Assembly (NCBI GenBank): GCA_963739875.1
Contig: CAVUCD010000001.1
Span: 379,691-443,690 of the forward strand
From: an uncultured Solirubrobacterales bacterium
GTDB lineage: Bacteria > Actinomycetota > Thermoleophilia > Solirubrobacterales > 70-9
Direction of reading: 5' to 3'
DNA: 64,000 nucleotides
This document shows positions 47,315 through 57,687 of this stretch, one piece after another. The notes below the pieces were generated by a model, which was not told where the DNA came from, did not search any database, and saw only the letters and a list, made by a program, of their open reading frames with translations. The translations under genes were made by a program, and so were the position numbers. Within the stretch, counting starts at the first letter, position 1. Every line of letters begins with the position of its first letter.

Positions 47315-48380
47315 ATGAGCGATCGACGGCAAGTGGGAGACAGTGCGAGTGTCGGTGTCGGGAGCGAAAGGAGAAGGTCGGGCCGGCTCGGGATCGCGGC
47401 GATCGTCGCCGCGGCGCACTGTCGCTGCTGGCCGCCACCGGCAGCGCAGGCAACCACGGTGACCGTCGGCAGCGTGCTGCCGATCGGAGCTCACCCCGAT
47501 GAAATTCGGACAGGTGAAGACGCTCTTCAACACGGCGCTGCCGGAGAAAGGCGCGAGCCTGGTCTCGCCGGTCACCGGCGCGGTCGTGCGCTGGCGGGTG
47601 CAGGGCGCCGAAGGCGGCCCCTTCTTCCTGCGGGTGCTCCACCCGAACGGCAACGGCGCCTACCAGGCGGTCGGCACCAGCGGGCCGGCGAACCCCGACC
47701 GGGACCGGGATCCAGACCTTCCCGGCGAACCTCCCGATCACAGCCGGCGACCTGATCGGCGTCGATCCGACCAACACCAGCGATGAAATCGGCGTCGCCA
47801 CCGTCGCCGGCGCGAGCTATGGCTTCGTCGTCCCGTCGCTGCTTCGAAGGCGCGACCGTGGCCCCGAGCGGCGGCGAATCCGGGCAAGGAGATCGAGCTC
47901 AGCGCCGAAGTGCAGCCGGCGCCCGCGATCACCGCGGTCACGCCCCGGCTCGCGGCTCGGTCGCTCGGCGGCACCGTGGTGACGATCACCGGCACCAACC
48001 TCAACGGCGCCAGCGCGGTCAAATTCGGCGCCAAGCCGGCGGCGACCTTCACGGTCGATCTCCGAAACCCAGATCACGGCGACGGCGCCGGCCGCGACCA
48101 AGGTCGCCAGGGTCGACGTCACCGTCACCACCCTGGCCGGGACCAGCCCGATCGGTCCGGGCCGACGGCTTCACCTACAGCGGCTGCGTCGTCCCGAAGC
48201 TGCGGGCAAGACGCTGAAGGCCGCCAAGAGCCGCCTCCGCGAGCGCCGGCTGCAAGCCCGGCAAGGTGAGGAAGGTCCACGCGCCCGCCACGAAGAGGGG
48301 CAAGGTCGTCAAGCAGAACCCCGCCGCCCGGCAAGGTGCTGGCGCCGGGCTCCAAGGTCACGATCAAGCTGGGCAAGTAA
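47315..48380 (+). CDS. Secreted protein with IPT/TIG and PASTA-like C-terminal domains, apparent frameshifts
   Basis: ATG 47315 has AAGGAGGA upstream. Signal-like RLGIAAIVAAA..AQA. PAITAVTP..GGTVVTITGTNLNGASAVKFGAKPAATFTV (IPT/TIG), then VPKLRGKTLKAAKSRL..GKVVKQNP..GSKVTIKLGK. Read through at least four frame changes. Confidence 0.6.
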
Positions 48381-48402
48381 GCCGGGTCAAACGGCAGTCG
48401 GG

Positions 48403-48428
48403 AGAGGCCCGCCGGCGCGCGGGCCTCT
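48403..48428. terminator. Hairpin between convergent IPT/TIG gene and tatC
   Basis: AGAGGCCCG / CGGGCCTCT stem with an 8-nt loop, followed by TTCG on the + strand. Confidence 0.45.
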
Positions 48429-48439
48429 TTCGTCCATTC

Positions 48440-49211
48440 CTAGGACTCGGACGCCGCGGGCTCGCTCAAGGAGGAATCGCGAGGCGTGCCGAAGATCTTC
48501 GCGAGCACGATGCTGAGCTCGTAGAGGGCGATCAGCGGCGCCGTCTCCAGCAGCATCGAGACCGGATCGACGCCCGGCAGGGCCGCGGCGATGACCGCGC
48601 AGGCCAGGTAGGCGTAGCGCCGGTTCTGCGTTCAGCTGCTGGACCCTGACGATGCCGAGGCGGGTGACGGCGAGGATCGCCGACCGGGATCTGGAAGACG
48701 ATGCCGCAGGCGAGCAGGGTCTGGGCGAAGAAGCCGTAGTACTCCTTGGCCTGGACCTGGATGTTGAACTGGCGTGTCGTTGAAGTTGAGCAGGAACTGG
48801 GTCGCCGCCGGCAGGACGACGAAGTAGCCGAAGGCGACGCCGGCGATGAACAGCGCCGGGATCATCAGCAGCAGCGGCAGGATCGTCCGCTGCTGCTCCT
48901 TGCTGAAGGCCGGCAGCAGGTAGGCGTAGAGCTGGTAGAGGACGATCGGCAGCGAGAGGATGATCGCCGCGTAGGCCGAGACGGTGACGGTCGTCGTGAA
49001 CGGCTCGGTGACGCCGAAGGTGATCAGCTTTTCGTGGCCGCGCGGGCAGCGCCGCGCCCGCGAGTTCCAGCAGCAGGTGGTTCTGCCAGAAGCAGAGGGC
49101 GAGCGCGACGCCGAAGACGGAGAGCGAGGTGACGATGCGCGCGCGCAGCTCGTCGAGGTGATCGACGAGGCTGACCTCATCTTCGTGGGAGATCGGTTTT
49201 ATGCGGCGCAT
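48440..49211 (-). CDS. tatC: Twin-arginine translocase subunit TatC, apparent frameshifts
   Basis: MRRIKPISHEDEVSLVDHLDELR..; the core is in ORF 48632..49180 (FGVTEPFTTTVTVSAYAAIILSLPIVLYQLYAYLLPAF..); the C-terminal third is in other frames. TAG at 48440. Confidence 0.85.
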
Positions 49212-49220
49212 CGTCTTGCC

Positions 49221-49474
49221 TCAGACCTGCTGTCTCGACGGCGGCCTCGGGCTCTTCGACACGGCAACGGGCACCGCGCGCGGCGGGAGCAACCGCGACG
49301 GGCACGGCCTGCGACCGGCTTCTCGGTCTCGCGATGCTCACCGCCGATCGATCCTTTGAACTCGTTGATCCCCTTGCCGAGCGACTTGCCGAGCTCGGGC
49401 AGGCGTTTCGGACCGAAGACGACGAGGGCGATGATCAGAACTACGACTATCTCAAGTGGGCCGATGTTTGGCAT
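49221..49474 (-). CDS. tatA: Twin-arginine translocase subunit TatA/E, 3' end uncertain
   Basis: MPNIGPLEIVVVLIIALVVFGPKRLPELGKSLGKGINEFK. The likely stop, TGA 49221-49223 (12 nt before the tatC ATG), is in a different frame from the tracked ORF tail. Confidence 0.8.
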
Positions 49475-49538
49475 TGCGGCTCCTTTGGCGAGTATTGGCT
49501 GTCAACTACGCGGGCCGGGTCGCCGTGGATCAACGTCG

Positions 49539-50282
49539 ATGGCGGCAGCCGACCTCGGACCATGCGAACCTCCTCCCATCGCCGCGCCGGACGGGATCGA
49601 AGACTTTGCCAGCTACGCCGCCTCGCGCGGGCTGACGCTCGACGCCGGCGCCCGCCTGCCGCGAACGACGCCGCTCCTCGCCGAAGGCGAGCTGCGCAGC
49701 GTCGACGCGGTGATGACCGGCTGGCTCTCGACCTATGTCGAAGCCCAGATGGCGCTCGTCACCCGCGACGAGGTGACCACCGACGCCCAGGGAGTCGAGA
49801 CCAGGGGCGAGGCGCATTTCACCGTCGCCGTCACCCACGTGCCGAAGGCCAAGCGCTTCATCCCCTGGCTGCTCTGCCACCGGGTCGAGGACGCGCACCT
49901 GCTCGGGCGGGCGGCCGACGCGCTGATCCACGGCAACCAGCGGGTCCAGCTCGAGAGCACCGAGCTCGACCAGCGCTACCGGATCTACGCCTCGCCCGAC
50001 CACGACGACACCTGGCTGCACGAGCTCTTCTCGCCCAGCTTCATCGTCTTCCTGCTCGAACAGGCGCCGACCGGCCTCGGCTTCGAGTACGTCGGTGGAA
50101 CCCTCTGCGTCAGCCTGGTCGGCCGGCGCACCCTGAGCGAGGATCTCGATGGTCTGCGCGACGGAACGGTCTCGCTGGTGGCGAAGATGCGGGCGCAGAT
50201 CAAGGAGAGCCTCGGGCCCGCCCAGGGACGCTCGGCGCCGGCGCACCGAAGTTCCCCGCCGCAGGCTGAGCGAGCCGGCTAA
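49539..50282 (+). CDS. Hypothetical protein
   Basis: A 247-aa stretch from ATG 49539 within ORF 48984..50282, with non-repetitive composition (..FTVAVTHVPKAKRFIPWLLCHRVEDAHLL..). No family recognised. Confidence 0.4.
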   Translation: MAAADLGPCEPPPIAAPDGIEDFASYAASRGLTLDAGARLPRTTPLLAEGELRSVDAVMTGWLSTYVEAQMALVTRDEVTTDAQGVETRGEAHFTVAVTHVPKAKRFIPWLLCHRVEDAHLLGRAADALIHGNQRVQLESTELDQRYRIYASPDHDDTWLHELFSPSFIVFLLEQAPTGLGFEYVGGTLCVSLVGRRTLSEDLDGLRDGTVSLVAKMRAQIKESLGPAQGRSAPAHRSSPPQAERAG

Positions 50283-51067
50283 CCGGCGTGGGCGTGATCG
50301 CGGCGGCGACCCGCTGCGGCTCCTGCGCCATCACCGCGTGGGCGCAGCCCTCGAAGAGCTCCACCCGGGCGCCGGGCCAGCGCCGGGCGAGCCGGTCGGC
50401 GTTCCCGGCCGGGATCACGACGTCGTCGTTGCCGTGGACGATCAGCGTCGGCGGCACCGCGCCCGCGGCGGGCGGAGGCTGGTCTGGCCTGCCAGGCCGC
50501 CATCGCCGCCTCCTGGGCGTCACCGCGCGAGCCGGCAGCTCGGCCCGCGCCGCCGCCACCACGTCGCCGAAGCCGGCGATCGATCTCGCGCGCCAAATCG
50601 GCCGGGAACAGCAGCGAGATCAGCCGCGCGGCCTGCTCCCTGGGCGTCCCCGAGCGGTCGATCAGGGAGGCGACCTCGGCCGCCGGCCGGGATCGCGCCG
50701 GGGGCGCCGGGATCGCTGGCGATCAGCGTCAGCGTCGCGACCCGGCCGGCCGAGCGCAGGGCCAGCTGCTGGGCGACGAAGCCGCCCATCGACCAGCCGA
50801 CCACCGGCACCCGGTCGATGCTCCGCGTCGAGCAGCGCCTTGAGGTCGGCGACATCGTCGACGTCAGCTCGGGTCACCGAGCTCCGAGCCGCCGAGCCCG
50901 CGGTTGTCGGGGCAGATCACCGGGTGCGAGCGCGCCAGCCGGACCAGGAGGCGGGTCCCACCTTGCTCGTCGCCGCGTAGCCGTTGACCAGCAGCAGCTC
51001 CGGGCTCGCGCCCGACCGCACGCCAGCCGAACCGGCGCCCGTCGACCTCGATCTCCCGCGCCGGCAT
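50279..51067 (-). CDS. Alpha/beta hydrolase, multiple apparent frameshifts
   Basis: MPAREIEVDGRRFGW.. (ATG 51067 shares 1 nt with the dtd stop), VVGWSMGGFVAQQLA (50520..50855), LIVHGNDDVVIP..GCAHAVM (50200..50562). Confidence 0.65.
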
Positions 51068-51483
51068 CAGGACTCGACCATCAGCGTCACCGGACCGTCG
51101 TTGATCAGCGCCACGCCCATGCAGGCGCCGAACACGCCCTTGGCGGCGCCGAGCCTCTCGCAGAAGCGGTCGTACAGCGGCTCCGCCAGCTCCGGCCGGG
51201 CGGCCTCCATGTAGCTCGGCCGGTTGCCCCTGCGGGCGTCGCCGTAGAGGGTGAACTGGCTGACGCAGAGCACCTCGCGCTCGCCCAACGGCTCGTTCAT
51301 CCGGCCCTCGGCGTCGTCGAAGATCCGCAGCGCCCGGACCTTGTCGGCGAGCCGGTCGGCCTCCGCCTCGGTGTCCCCCACTCCGACCCCGAGCAGGACC
51401 ACCATCCCCGGCCCGATCTGGGCGACCCGATCGCCCTCGACGTCGACCGCGGCCTGGCTGACGCGTTGGACCAGCGCCCTCAT
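51067..51483 (-). CDS. dtd: D-aminoacyl-tRNA deacylase
   Basis: Intact 138 aa: MRALVQRV..VSQFTLYGD..G.RPS.. Confidence 0.9.
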   Translation of the reverse strand: MRALVQRVSQAAVDVEGDRVAQIGPGMVVLLGVGVGDTEAEADRLADKVRALRIFDDAEGRMNEPLGEREVLCVSQFTLYGDARRGNRPSYMEAARPELAEPLYDRFCERLGAAKGVFGACMGVALINDGPVTLMVES

Positions 51484-52006
51484 CGCTCAGCCCTTCCAGC
51501 TCCTCCACCAGCGTGGCCGCTTCGTAGCGCCCGAAGTGGCGAGTGCCGTTGACGAAGAAGGTCGGGGTGCCGGTGGCGCCGCTGGCCGCCGCCGAGGCGA
51601 CGTCGCGGCCGATCCGCTCGTCGTAGGCCGCGGCGTCGATCTCGGTCGCCATCCGCTCGACGTCGAGGCCGAGGTCGCGGCCGACCGCGAGCATCGTCTC
51701 GCGGGAGAGTTTCGGCTGGGCCCGGAAGAGGGCGTCGTGGTACTCCCAGAACCGGCCCTGCGCCGCCGCCGCCTCGCTGGCCTGCGCGGCGAGGGGCGCC
51801 AGCGGGTGGCGCTCGACGATCGGCAGGTGGCGGAAGGCGAAGACGAGGCGGTCCCCGAGGGACTCGCGGACTCGGCGCAGAACCGACTGGGCGCCGAGGC
51901 AGAAGGGGCACTGGAAGTCGCCGAACATGACCAGCTCCAGCGGCGCCGAGCGCTCGCCGCGGACGTGGTCGACGTCCTCCAGCGGTGGTGAGAGTCGATC
52001 GTCCAC
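51480..52006 (-). CDS. DsbA/thioredoxin-like protein (CPFC active site), 3' end uncertain
   Basis: FGDFQCPFCLGA..GATGTPTFFVNG. The tracked frame reads through into dtd. A TGA overlapping the dtd ATG (ATGA) lies in another frame. Confidence 0.7.
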
Positions 52007-52016
52007 GAAGCCGATG

Positions 52017-52890
52017 TTATTTGGGCGCGAGGAACTCGCGCGCCCGCGCGGCGACCAGCTCCGGCTGCTCGTCGGCGATGAAGTGGCCGCAGCCGTCGAC
52101 CAGCTCGACCTCCATCTCCTCGGCGTGGCGCTCGTAGCCGTCGAGCAGCTCGAGTCGCAGGGCGATGTCGTCGATGCCGAAGAGCAGGAGGGTCGGCACC
52201 GTCAGCTTCTGATCGGCGTAGCGGCCGCGCAGGATCGCCGGCGCCTCGCGCAGGTTGAAGGTCCGGTACATCTGCACCGCCGCCCGCGCCCGGTCCGGCT
52301 CGGCCAGGTTGTCGCCGAAGGAGCTCAGCGCCCGCTCGTCCCAGGCCTCACGCCTGGTCGAGGCGCCGACCAGCACTTTCGGGACGAACTTGCCGCTGCG
52401 GTGGAGCCCGTAGCCGACCCCCGGGGTGAGGATCAGCCACTGGTACCAGAAGCGCCAGAGGTGCGGCAGCATCGCCCGGGCGCTGGTCCACGGCGGCAGG
52501 ATGTTGAGCGCGAGGAAGCGCTCGAAGCGCTGCGGCGCCCGCAGGCAGAGCAGGAAGCCGATCCAGCCGCCCCAGTCGTGGCCGACCAGCTTCACCCGCT
52601 CGAGGCCGAGCTCGTCGAGGACGGCGAGGACGTCGGCCGCCATGTTCTCCTTCAGGTAGCCGTCGCGGGGCGCCTCCGACCAGCCGAAGCCACGCAGGTC
52701 GAGCGCCAGCACCCGGTGGCGGTCGGCCAGCGCCGGCATCAGGTGGCGCCACTCGTACCAGTGCTGCGGCCAGCCGTGCAGGCAGAGCACGACGTCGTCG
52801 CCGCTGCCCGGCTTCGGCGACGTGGAAGTCGATCCCGCGCGCCCGCACGGTGCGGTGGGTGACCCCCTCGACAAACGGTGGATCGCTCAT
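52017..52890 (-). CDS. Alpha/beta hydrolase, epoxide hydrolase/haloalkane dehalogenase-like, apparent frameshift
   Basis: HGWPQHWYEWRH and GHDWGG are in ORF 52017..52874. The N-terminus MSDPPFVEGVTHRTVRARGIDFHVAEAG is in 52348..52890. The break is near 52805. Confidence 0.75.
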
Positions 52891-52952
52891 GCGACCGGAC
52901 GCGGCGACCGGCAGCGCGCCGGGATCGCGCCGGTCACCCGCCCCCCTTCCGC

Positions 52953-54266
52953 TCAGTGCGGCGCGGCCGCAGCCGCCTGGCGGAAGTCGTTGAGCATCTC
53001 GCCCATCGTCTCGACGTCGCAGCTGACCATTTCCGGCCAGGGCTTGTCGGGATGCTCCTGAAGCGTCTTCAGGCCGTTGCCGCTGATCACCGCGACGACG
53101 GTGTCGTCGGGCCCGATCTTGCCCTGCGCGGCGAGCCGCGCGGTCGAGGCGATCGTGGTGCCGCCGGCCGGCTCGGTGAGGATGCCCTCGGTCTTGCCGA
53201 GCAGGTCGATCGCCTCGAAGATCTCCGGGTCCGAAGCGGTGGCCGCCGAGCCGCCGCGGCTGCGGACGGCGTCGACGACGAGGGCGCCGTCACCCGGAGC
53301 GCCGATCGCCAGCGAGTGCGCCGCCGTCTCCGGGGTCTGCGGATGAATCTCGCCGCCGTCGAGGATCGCGGTGGCGATCGGCCCGCAGCCGCTCGCCTGG
53401 GCGATGTTGATCTTGGTCCCGGCGGTCTCCGCCAGCCCGACCATCTCCAGCTCGTTGAGCCCCTTGTGGACGCGCGAGGAGAGCGTTCCGCCGGCGGCCG
53501 GGATGACGAAGTGGTCGGGGGCGACCCAGTCGAGCTCCTCGACCACCTCGAAGGCCATCGTCTTCGCCCCCTCGGCGTAGAACGGGCGCAGGGTGATGTT
53601 GGCGAACTCGATGCCGCTGGCCAGCGAGAGCTCGCGGCAGGCGCGGTTGGCCTGGTCGTAGTTGCCGTCGAGCTGGCAGACCTGGGCGCCCAGCGCCCGG
53701 CAGGCCTTCGCCTTGCCCTTCTCCATGTTGCCCGGATAGAAGATGTAGGCGGTGGCGCCGGCCTTGGCGGCGAGCGCCGCGACCGCGGTGCCGACGTTGC
53801 CGGTCGAGACGCAGCCGACCTCGTCCTTGCCGAGCTCGAGCAGGCGGGCGATCGCCATGCTGACGACCCGGTCCTTGTAGGAGAGCGTCGGCCGGTTGGT
53901 CGAGTCGTCCTTCAGGTAGAGGTTCCGCAGGCCGAGCTCGGCACCGAGCCGGTCGGCGCGGATCAGCGGCGTTTGGCCGGCGAACTGGCCGACCCTGGCC
54001 TGGGCGCTGCGCGAGGTGATCGGCAGCAGCTCCTCGAAGCGCCAGATGTTCCGCGGGCGCCGGTCGAGGCCGCGCTCGGCGATCAGCGACTTCGCGCGCT
54101 CGTAGTCGTAGTCGATGTCGAGGCCCTCGCCGCAGGCGGGGCACTTGAAGGCGGTGTCGAGCAACGGCGTCCGGTAGCCGCAATCGCGGCAGACGAGTTC
54201 GGTGGCGCAGGAGCTGGTTCGGGGTCCGGCGGGCCCTCCCAGATGCGGATCTACCGCGTCGCTCAT
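52953..54266 (-). CDS. thrC: Threonine synthase (with N-terminal Cys4 zinc-ribbon-like segment)
   Basis: Single frame. ATG 54266 is preceded by AAGGAGGAG. CRDCGY..CPACGE, then SYKDR (PLP lysine region) and GNVGTAVAA. Confidence 0.9.
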   Translation of the reverse strand: MSDAVDPHLGGPAGPRTSSCATELVCRDCGYRTPLLDTAFKCPACGEGLDIDYDYERAKSLIAERGLDRRPRNIWRFEELLPITSRSAQARVGQFAGQTPLIRADRLGAELGLRNLYLKDDSTNRPTLSYKDRVVSMAIARLLELGKDEVGCVSTGNVGTAVAALAAKAGATAYIFYPGNMEKGKAKACRALGAQVCQLDGNYDQANRACRELSLASGIEFANITLRPFYAEGAKTMAFEVVEELDWVAPDHFVIPAAGGTLSSRVHKGLNELEMVGLAETAGTKINIAQASGCGPIATAILDGGEIHPQTPETAAHSLAIGAPGDGALVVDAVRSRGGSAATASDPEIFEAIDLLGKTEGILTEPAGGTTIASTARLAAQGKIGPDDTVVAVISGNGLKTLQEHPDKPWPEMVSCDVETMGEMLNDFRQAAAAAPH

Positions 54267-54502
54267 GACTCCTCCTTTGCCGCCGCCAACCCGGCCACCT
54301 GGGCCCAGGTCACTCTCGGCGCTGTTCCATTGTTCGCACGGGTATAACACATAGGCAGTTGGCGCTTAATGCTTTCTGCGTAAAAATCCGCAGACCTGCG
54401 CTTAAACACAAACTGGAAGGTAGCGGAAGTGGCGGCCCGCGCCAGCTGGGGGAAACCTACTGTCTGTAGAGTTTTTGTCGTCAGCCCCGAAGAATCCCCG
54501 CC

Positions 54503-54766
54503 GTGAGCCCCCAGGAGCGCTTCGCCGCCAATCTTCGCCAGGCCCGCGTCAAGATCGGGATCTCCCAGGAAGAGCTGGGCAACCGCTGCGATCTGCACCG
54601 AACCGAGATCTCGCTGCTGGAGCGGGCCGGCCGCGAGCCGCGCCTGGCGACGATCGTCAAGCTCGCCGGCTCCCTGGAGACGACCCCGGCCGAGCTCTGC
54701 GCCGGCATCGCCTGGCTCCCCCAGCAGCGCCGCTTCGACGTCAAGCCGGCTCCCCGCCCCAGCTGA
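54503..54766 (+). CDS. XRE family helix-turn-helix regulator
   Basis: 87 aa: FAANLRQARVKIGISQEELGNRCDLHRTEISLLERAGREPRLATIVKLA. Confidence 0.75.
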   Translation: MSPQERFAANLRQARVKIGISQEELGNRCDLHRTEISLLERAGREPRLATIVKLAGSLETTPAELCAGIAWLPQQRRFDVKPAPRPS

Positions 54767-54973
54767 GAAGCCGGCGAAGTGAGGCGGGGCGGCGCCGACG
54801 TCGCCGGCGCCGTCAAGACTGGTCCTCCTTCGCCACCCCAAGGCGGTTTCCCGGTCTCGAGAGCCCCACCCACTTCACCGGTGTGAATCGTCCGGCGCGG
54901 CAATTCATAACATAATCTGGTGTATCAATCAAGTCCCTTTGCCTAATGGAGCCGCCTCTCGCAAAACTCGTGC

Positions 54974-57197
54974 TCAGGGGGCGACTGGGGCGCCGTCCGC
55001 GCCGACCGGAATCGCCGCGGCCTCGGGCCAGGAGCCGAGCAGGTCCGGCCCGTCACCCCGCCCGGAGGCGATCAGCAGCTCCTCCGCGGTGTGGGGCGCG
55101 AACGGCGCCAGGACCTGCGCCAGCAGGACCAGCGCGGCGATCTGCGCCTCGGCGTCGGCCCGGTCGAGCTGACCGCGACGCTTGACGACCCTCTTCTCGA
55201 AGTCCTGGATCCGCTCGAAGAGCCGGGTGATGTTGCGAATCGCCTTGTGCATCTGCAGCTGCTCGACGTCGGCGGTGATCCGCTCGAGGCCGTTGTCGCA
55301 CCATTTGCCGAGGCGATCGCGCATGTGCTCGGTGTCGGCCGCGGCGGCCTCGTCGTGGGCGGCATCCTCGAGCGCCGCGAAGCGGTCCTGGGAGTAGGTC
55401 CAGAGATTGCGCAGGAAGCGGTTGGTGAAGCGCAGGGCGCCGTCGCTCCAGTTGAGGGTCTTCGCCGGCCCGGCCGCGTAGAGGATCGCCAGCCGCACGG
55501 TGTCGGCCCCGTATTGCTCGACCAGCTCGTCGGGGTTGACGACGTTGCCGAGGTGCTTGCTCATCTTGCGCCCGTCGGCGATCACCATCTCGTGGAAGAG
55601 GCAGCCGGCGAAGGGCTCGCCGTTCTCGATGAAGTCGAAGGTGCCGCGGTCGCGCAGCGCCTTGGTGACGATCCGCTGGTCGAAGACGAAGCCACCGCTG
55701 TCGCCGCCGGCGACGAGGCGCTCGGCGGGCAGCCAATCGCGCAGGTCGGGGTGGTCGAACATCTGGGTCTCGCGCGCCTCGGGCGGCACCGCCGCCGGGA
55801 CCCAGAGCCAGAGCGCGTCGAAGTGACAGTCGAGGGTGTCGGTCTCCCGCTTGGCGGCAGCGCCGCACTTGGGGCAGGCGACGTCGACGAAGTCCGGCCG
55901 CTCGGCCAGCGGGTTGCCCTCGCCGGTCGGTTTGATGTCGCGCGGCAGCACCACCGGCAGATCGGCCTCGGGCACCGGCACCGGGCCGCACGCCTGGCAG
56001 TGGACGATCGGAATCGGCGTCCCCCAGGAGCGCTGGCGCGAGATCGAGAAGTCGTTGGCGCGGTAGCGCTTCGACGGCCGGGCGCCGGCCACCGGCGCGG
56101 CTGGGACCTCACCCTCCTCGGGCTGCCGCCAGGGGGCGACGCGGTCGAAGCGGGCGGCGATGTCGCGATCGGCCTCGTCGACGGCGGGGATGCCGAAGGC
56201 CGCGGTCGCCCCGAAGCGGGCGTCGACGATCGGCGAGATCAGAACCGGCAGCTCGGTCCCGTCGGCGGCGGTGAGGCTGCCGCCGGTGTCGAGCACGGGC
56301 ACCGAGCGGGCGTCGCGGGCGCTGCGATCCCAGCCGCCCGAGCGCATCTGCTCCAGCTCCTCCCGCACGCCGGCGTCGGCGACCCAGGCGTCGACCTCGG
56401 GGTGGCGCGGCGAGAGCAGCGACGAAGCTGGCGAGACCGGCCGCGTCGCCGTGGGGGGTGAAGACGGTCAATCGGCCGCCGCTGCCCTCGAGCTCGAGCT
56501 CGACCCCGTCGCTGCGACCGAGGATGTAGCGCTGGGTGGCGAGCGCCAGCTCGTCCCAGTTCTCGAGCTTGTCGGTGTTGGCGTCGTTCTCCTCGAGATA
56601 GGGGGTGATGCGCAGGAACCAGGTCGGGCGGCGGATCAGGCGGACCTCGTTGTGGCAGCGCCAGCAGCGGCCGTCCTCGACCTGGATCGAGGCGAGGGTC
56701 GTGTTGCAGGTGTCGCACCAATCGACGGTGGCGTCGTCGAGGTAGATCATCCCGGCCTCGAGCAGGGCCAGGAACAGCCACTGGGACCAGCGGTACTGGC
56801 CCTCGTCGGAGCTGTAGAAGACGCGGTCGTAGTCGAAGGAGAAGCCCAGCCGCCTCATCTGGTCGAGCATTCGCTCGCCGCACTCGGCGACCCAGTCGGC
56901 CGGCGGCTCCTGGCGCTCGATCGCCGCCAGCTCGGCCGGCAGGCCGAAGGCGTCGAAGCCGAAGCCGAAGAGGACGGCGTCGCCGCGGGCGCGGCGGAAG
57001 CGCGCGTAGGCGTCGCCGATCGAGTAGTCGCGGACGTGCCCCATGTGCAGGTTGCCGGAGGTGAACGGGCTCGAGGGCTTGACGTAGACCCGCGCCTGCC
57101 CGGCGGCCGGCCGCGGCGCCTCGAAGTCGCCGCGCTCGATCCAGACGGCCTGCCTGGCCGGCTCGATCCTCGCCGCGTCGTAGCTGGGCTTACTCAT
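54974..57197 (-). CDS. leuS: Leucine--tRNA ligase, compact form, apparent frameshift
   Basis: SGNLHMGHVRDY (HIGH) and CWRC zinc motif in 56109..57197. KMSKHLGNVV (KMSKS) in 54974..56368. Break near 56415-56425. The protein ends ~15 aa after ..LLGSWPE. Confidence 0.85.
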
Positions 57198-57257
57198 CCT
57201 TCAAGGCTACTGAGGGGTCGAAAACAGCAGAGCGAGATGCGCCGGTTTGCAGACCCC

Positions 57258-57687
57258 TCAGGCGAAGGTCCAGAGCTTGTTGCCGAGAAAGTTGAACGGC
57301 ATCGCGACGGCAACCGCGATCGCCTGCGCGGTCAGTTCGCCGATCGAGCCGGATGAGACCAGCAGCTCGAGCAGAGCGAGGTTGAGGCCGAGCGAGGCGA
57401 GGCTGACGACGAAGAAGCGGACCGCCTGGAACCGCGCCAGCCCCTCCCCCGGGCCGAAGGTCCAGTAGCGGTTCCAGAGGAAGTTGTTGGTCACCGCGAC
57501 GCAGAAGGCGCCGACCGCGGCGATCAGAGTGGTGGACGCCGAGGTTCTCGGCCAGCAGGGCGAAGACGCCGAGGTTGATCAGGTAGCCGGAGCCGCCGAC
57601 GAGGCCGAACTTGAACAGCTGCACCCAGTTGGCGGGCTCCCGGGCCGCGCTTCCGACCCGGTAGGCGAGCTCCGACGGGCTGCTCAT
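57258..57687 (-). CDS. GtrA family membrane protein, apparent frameshift
   Basis: FKFGLVGGSGYLINLGVFALL (57190..57687) and NNFLWNRYWTF..NFLGNKLWTF (57258..57494). The break is near 57530. Confidence 0.75.
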
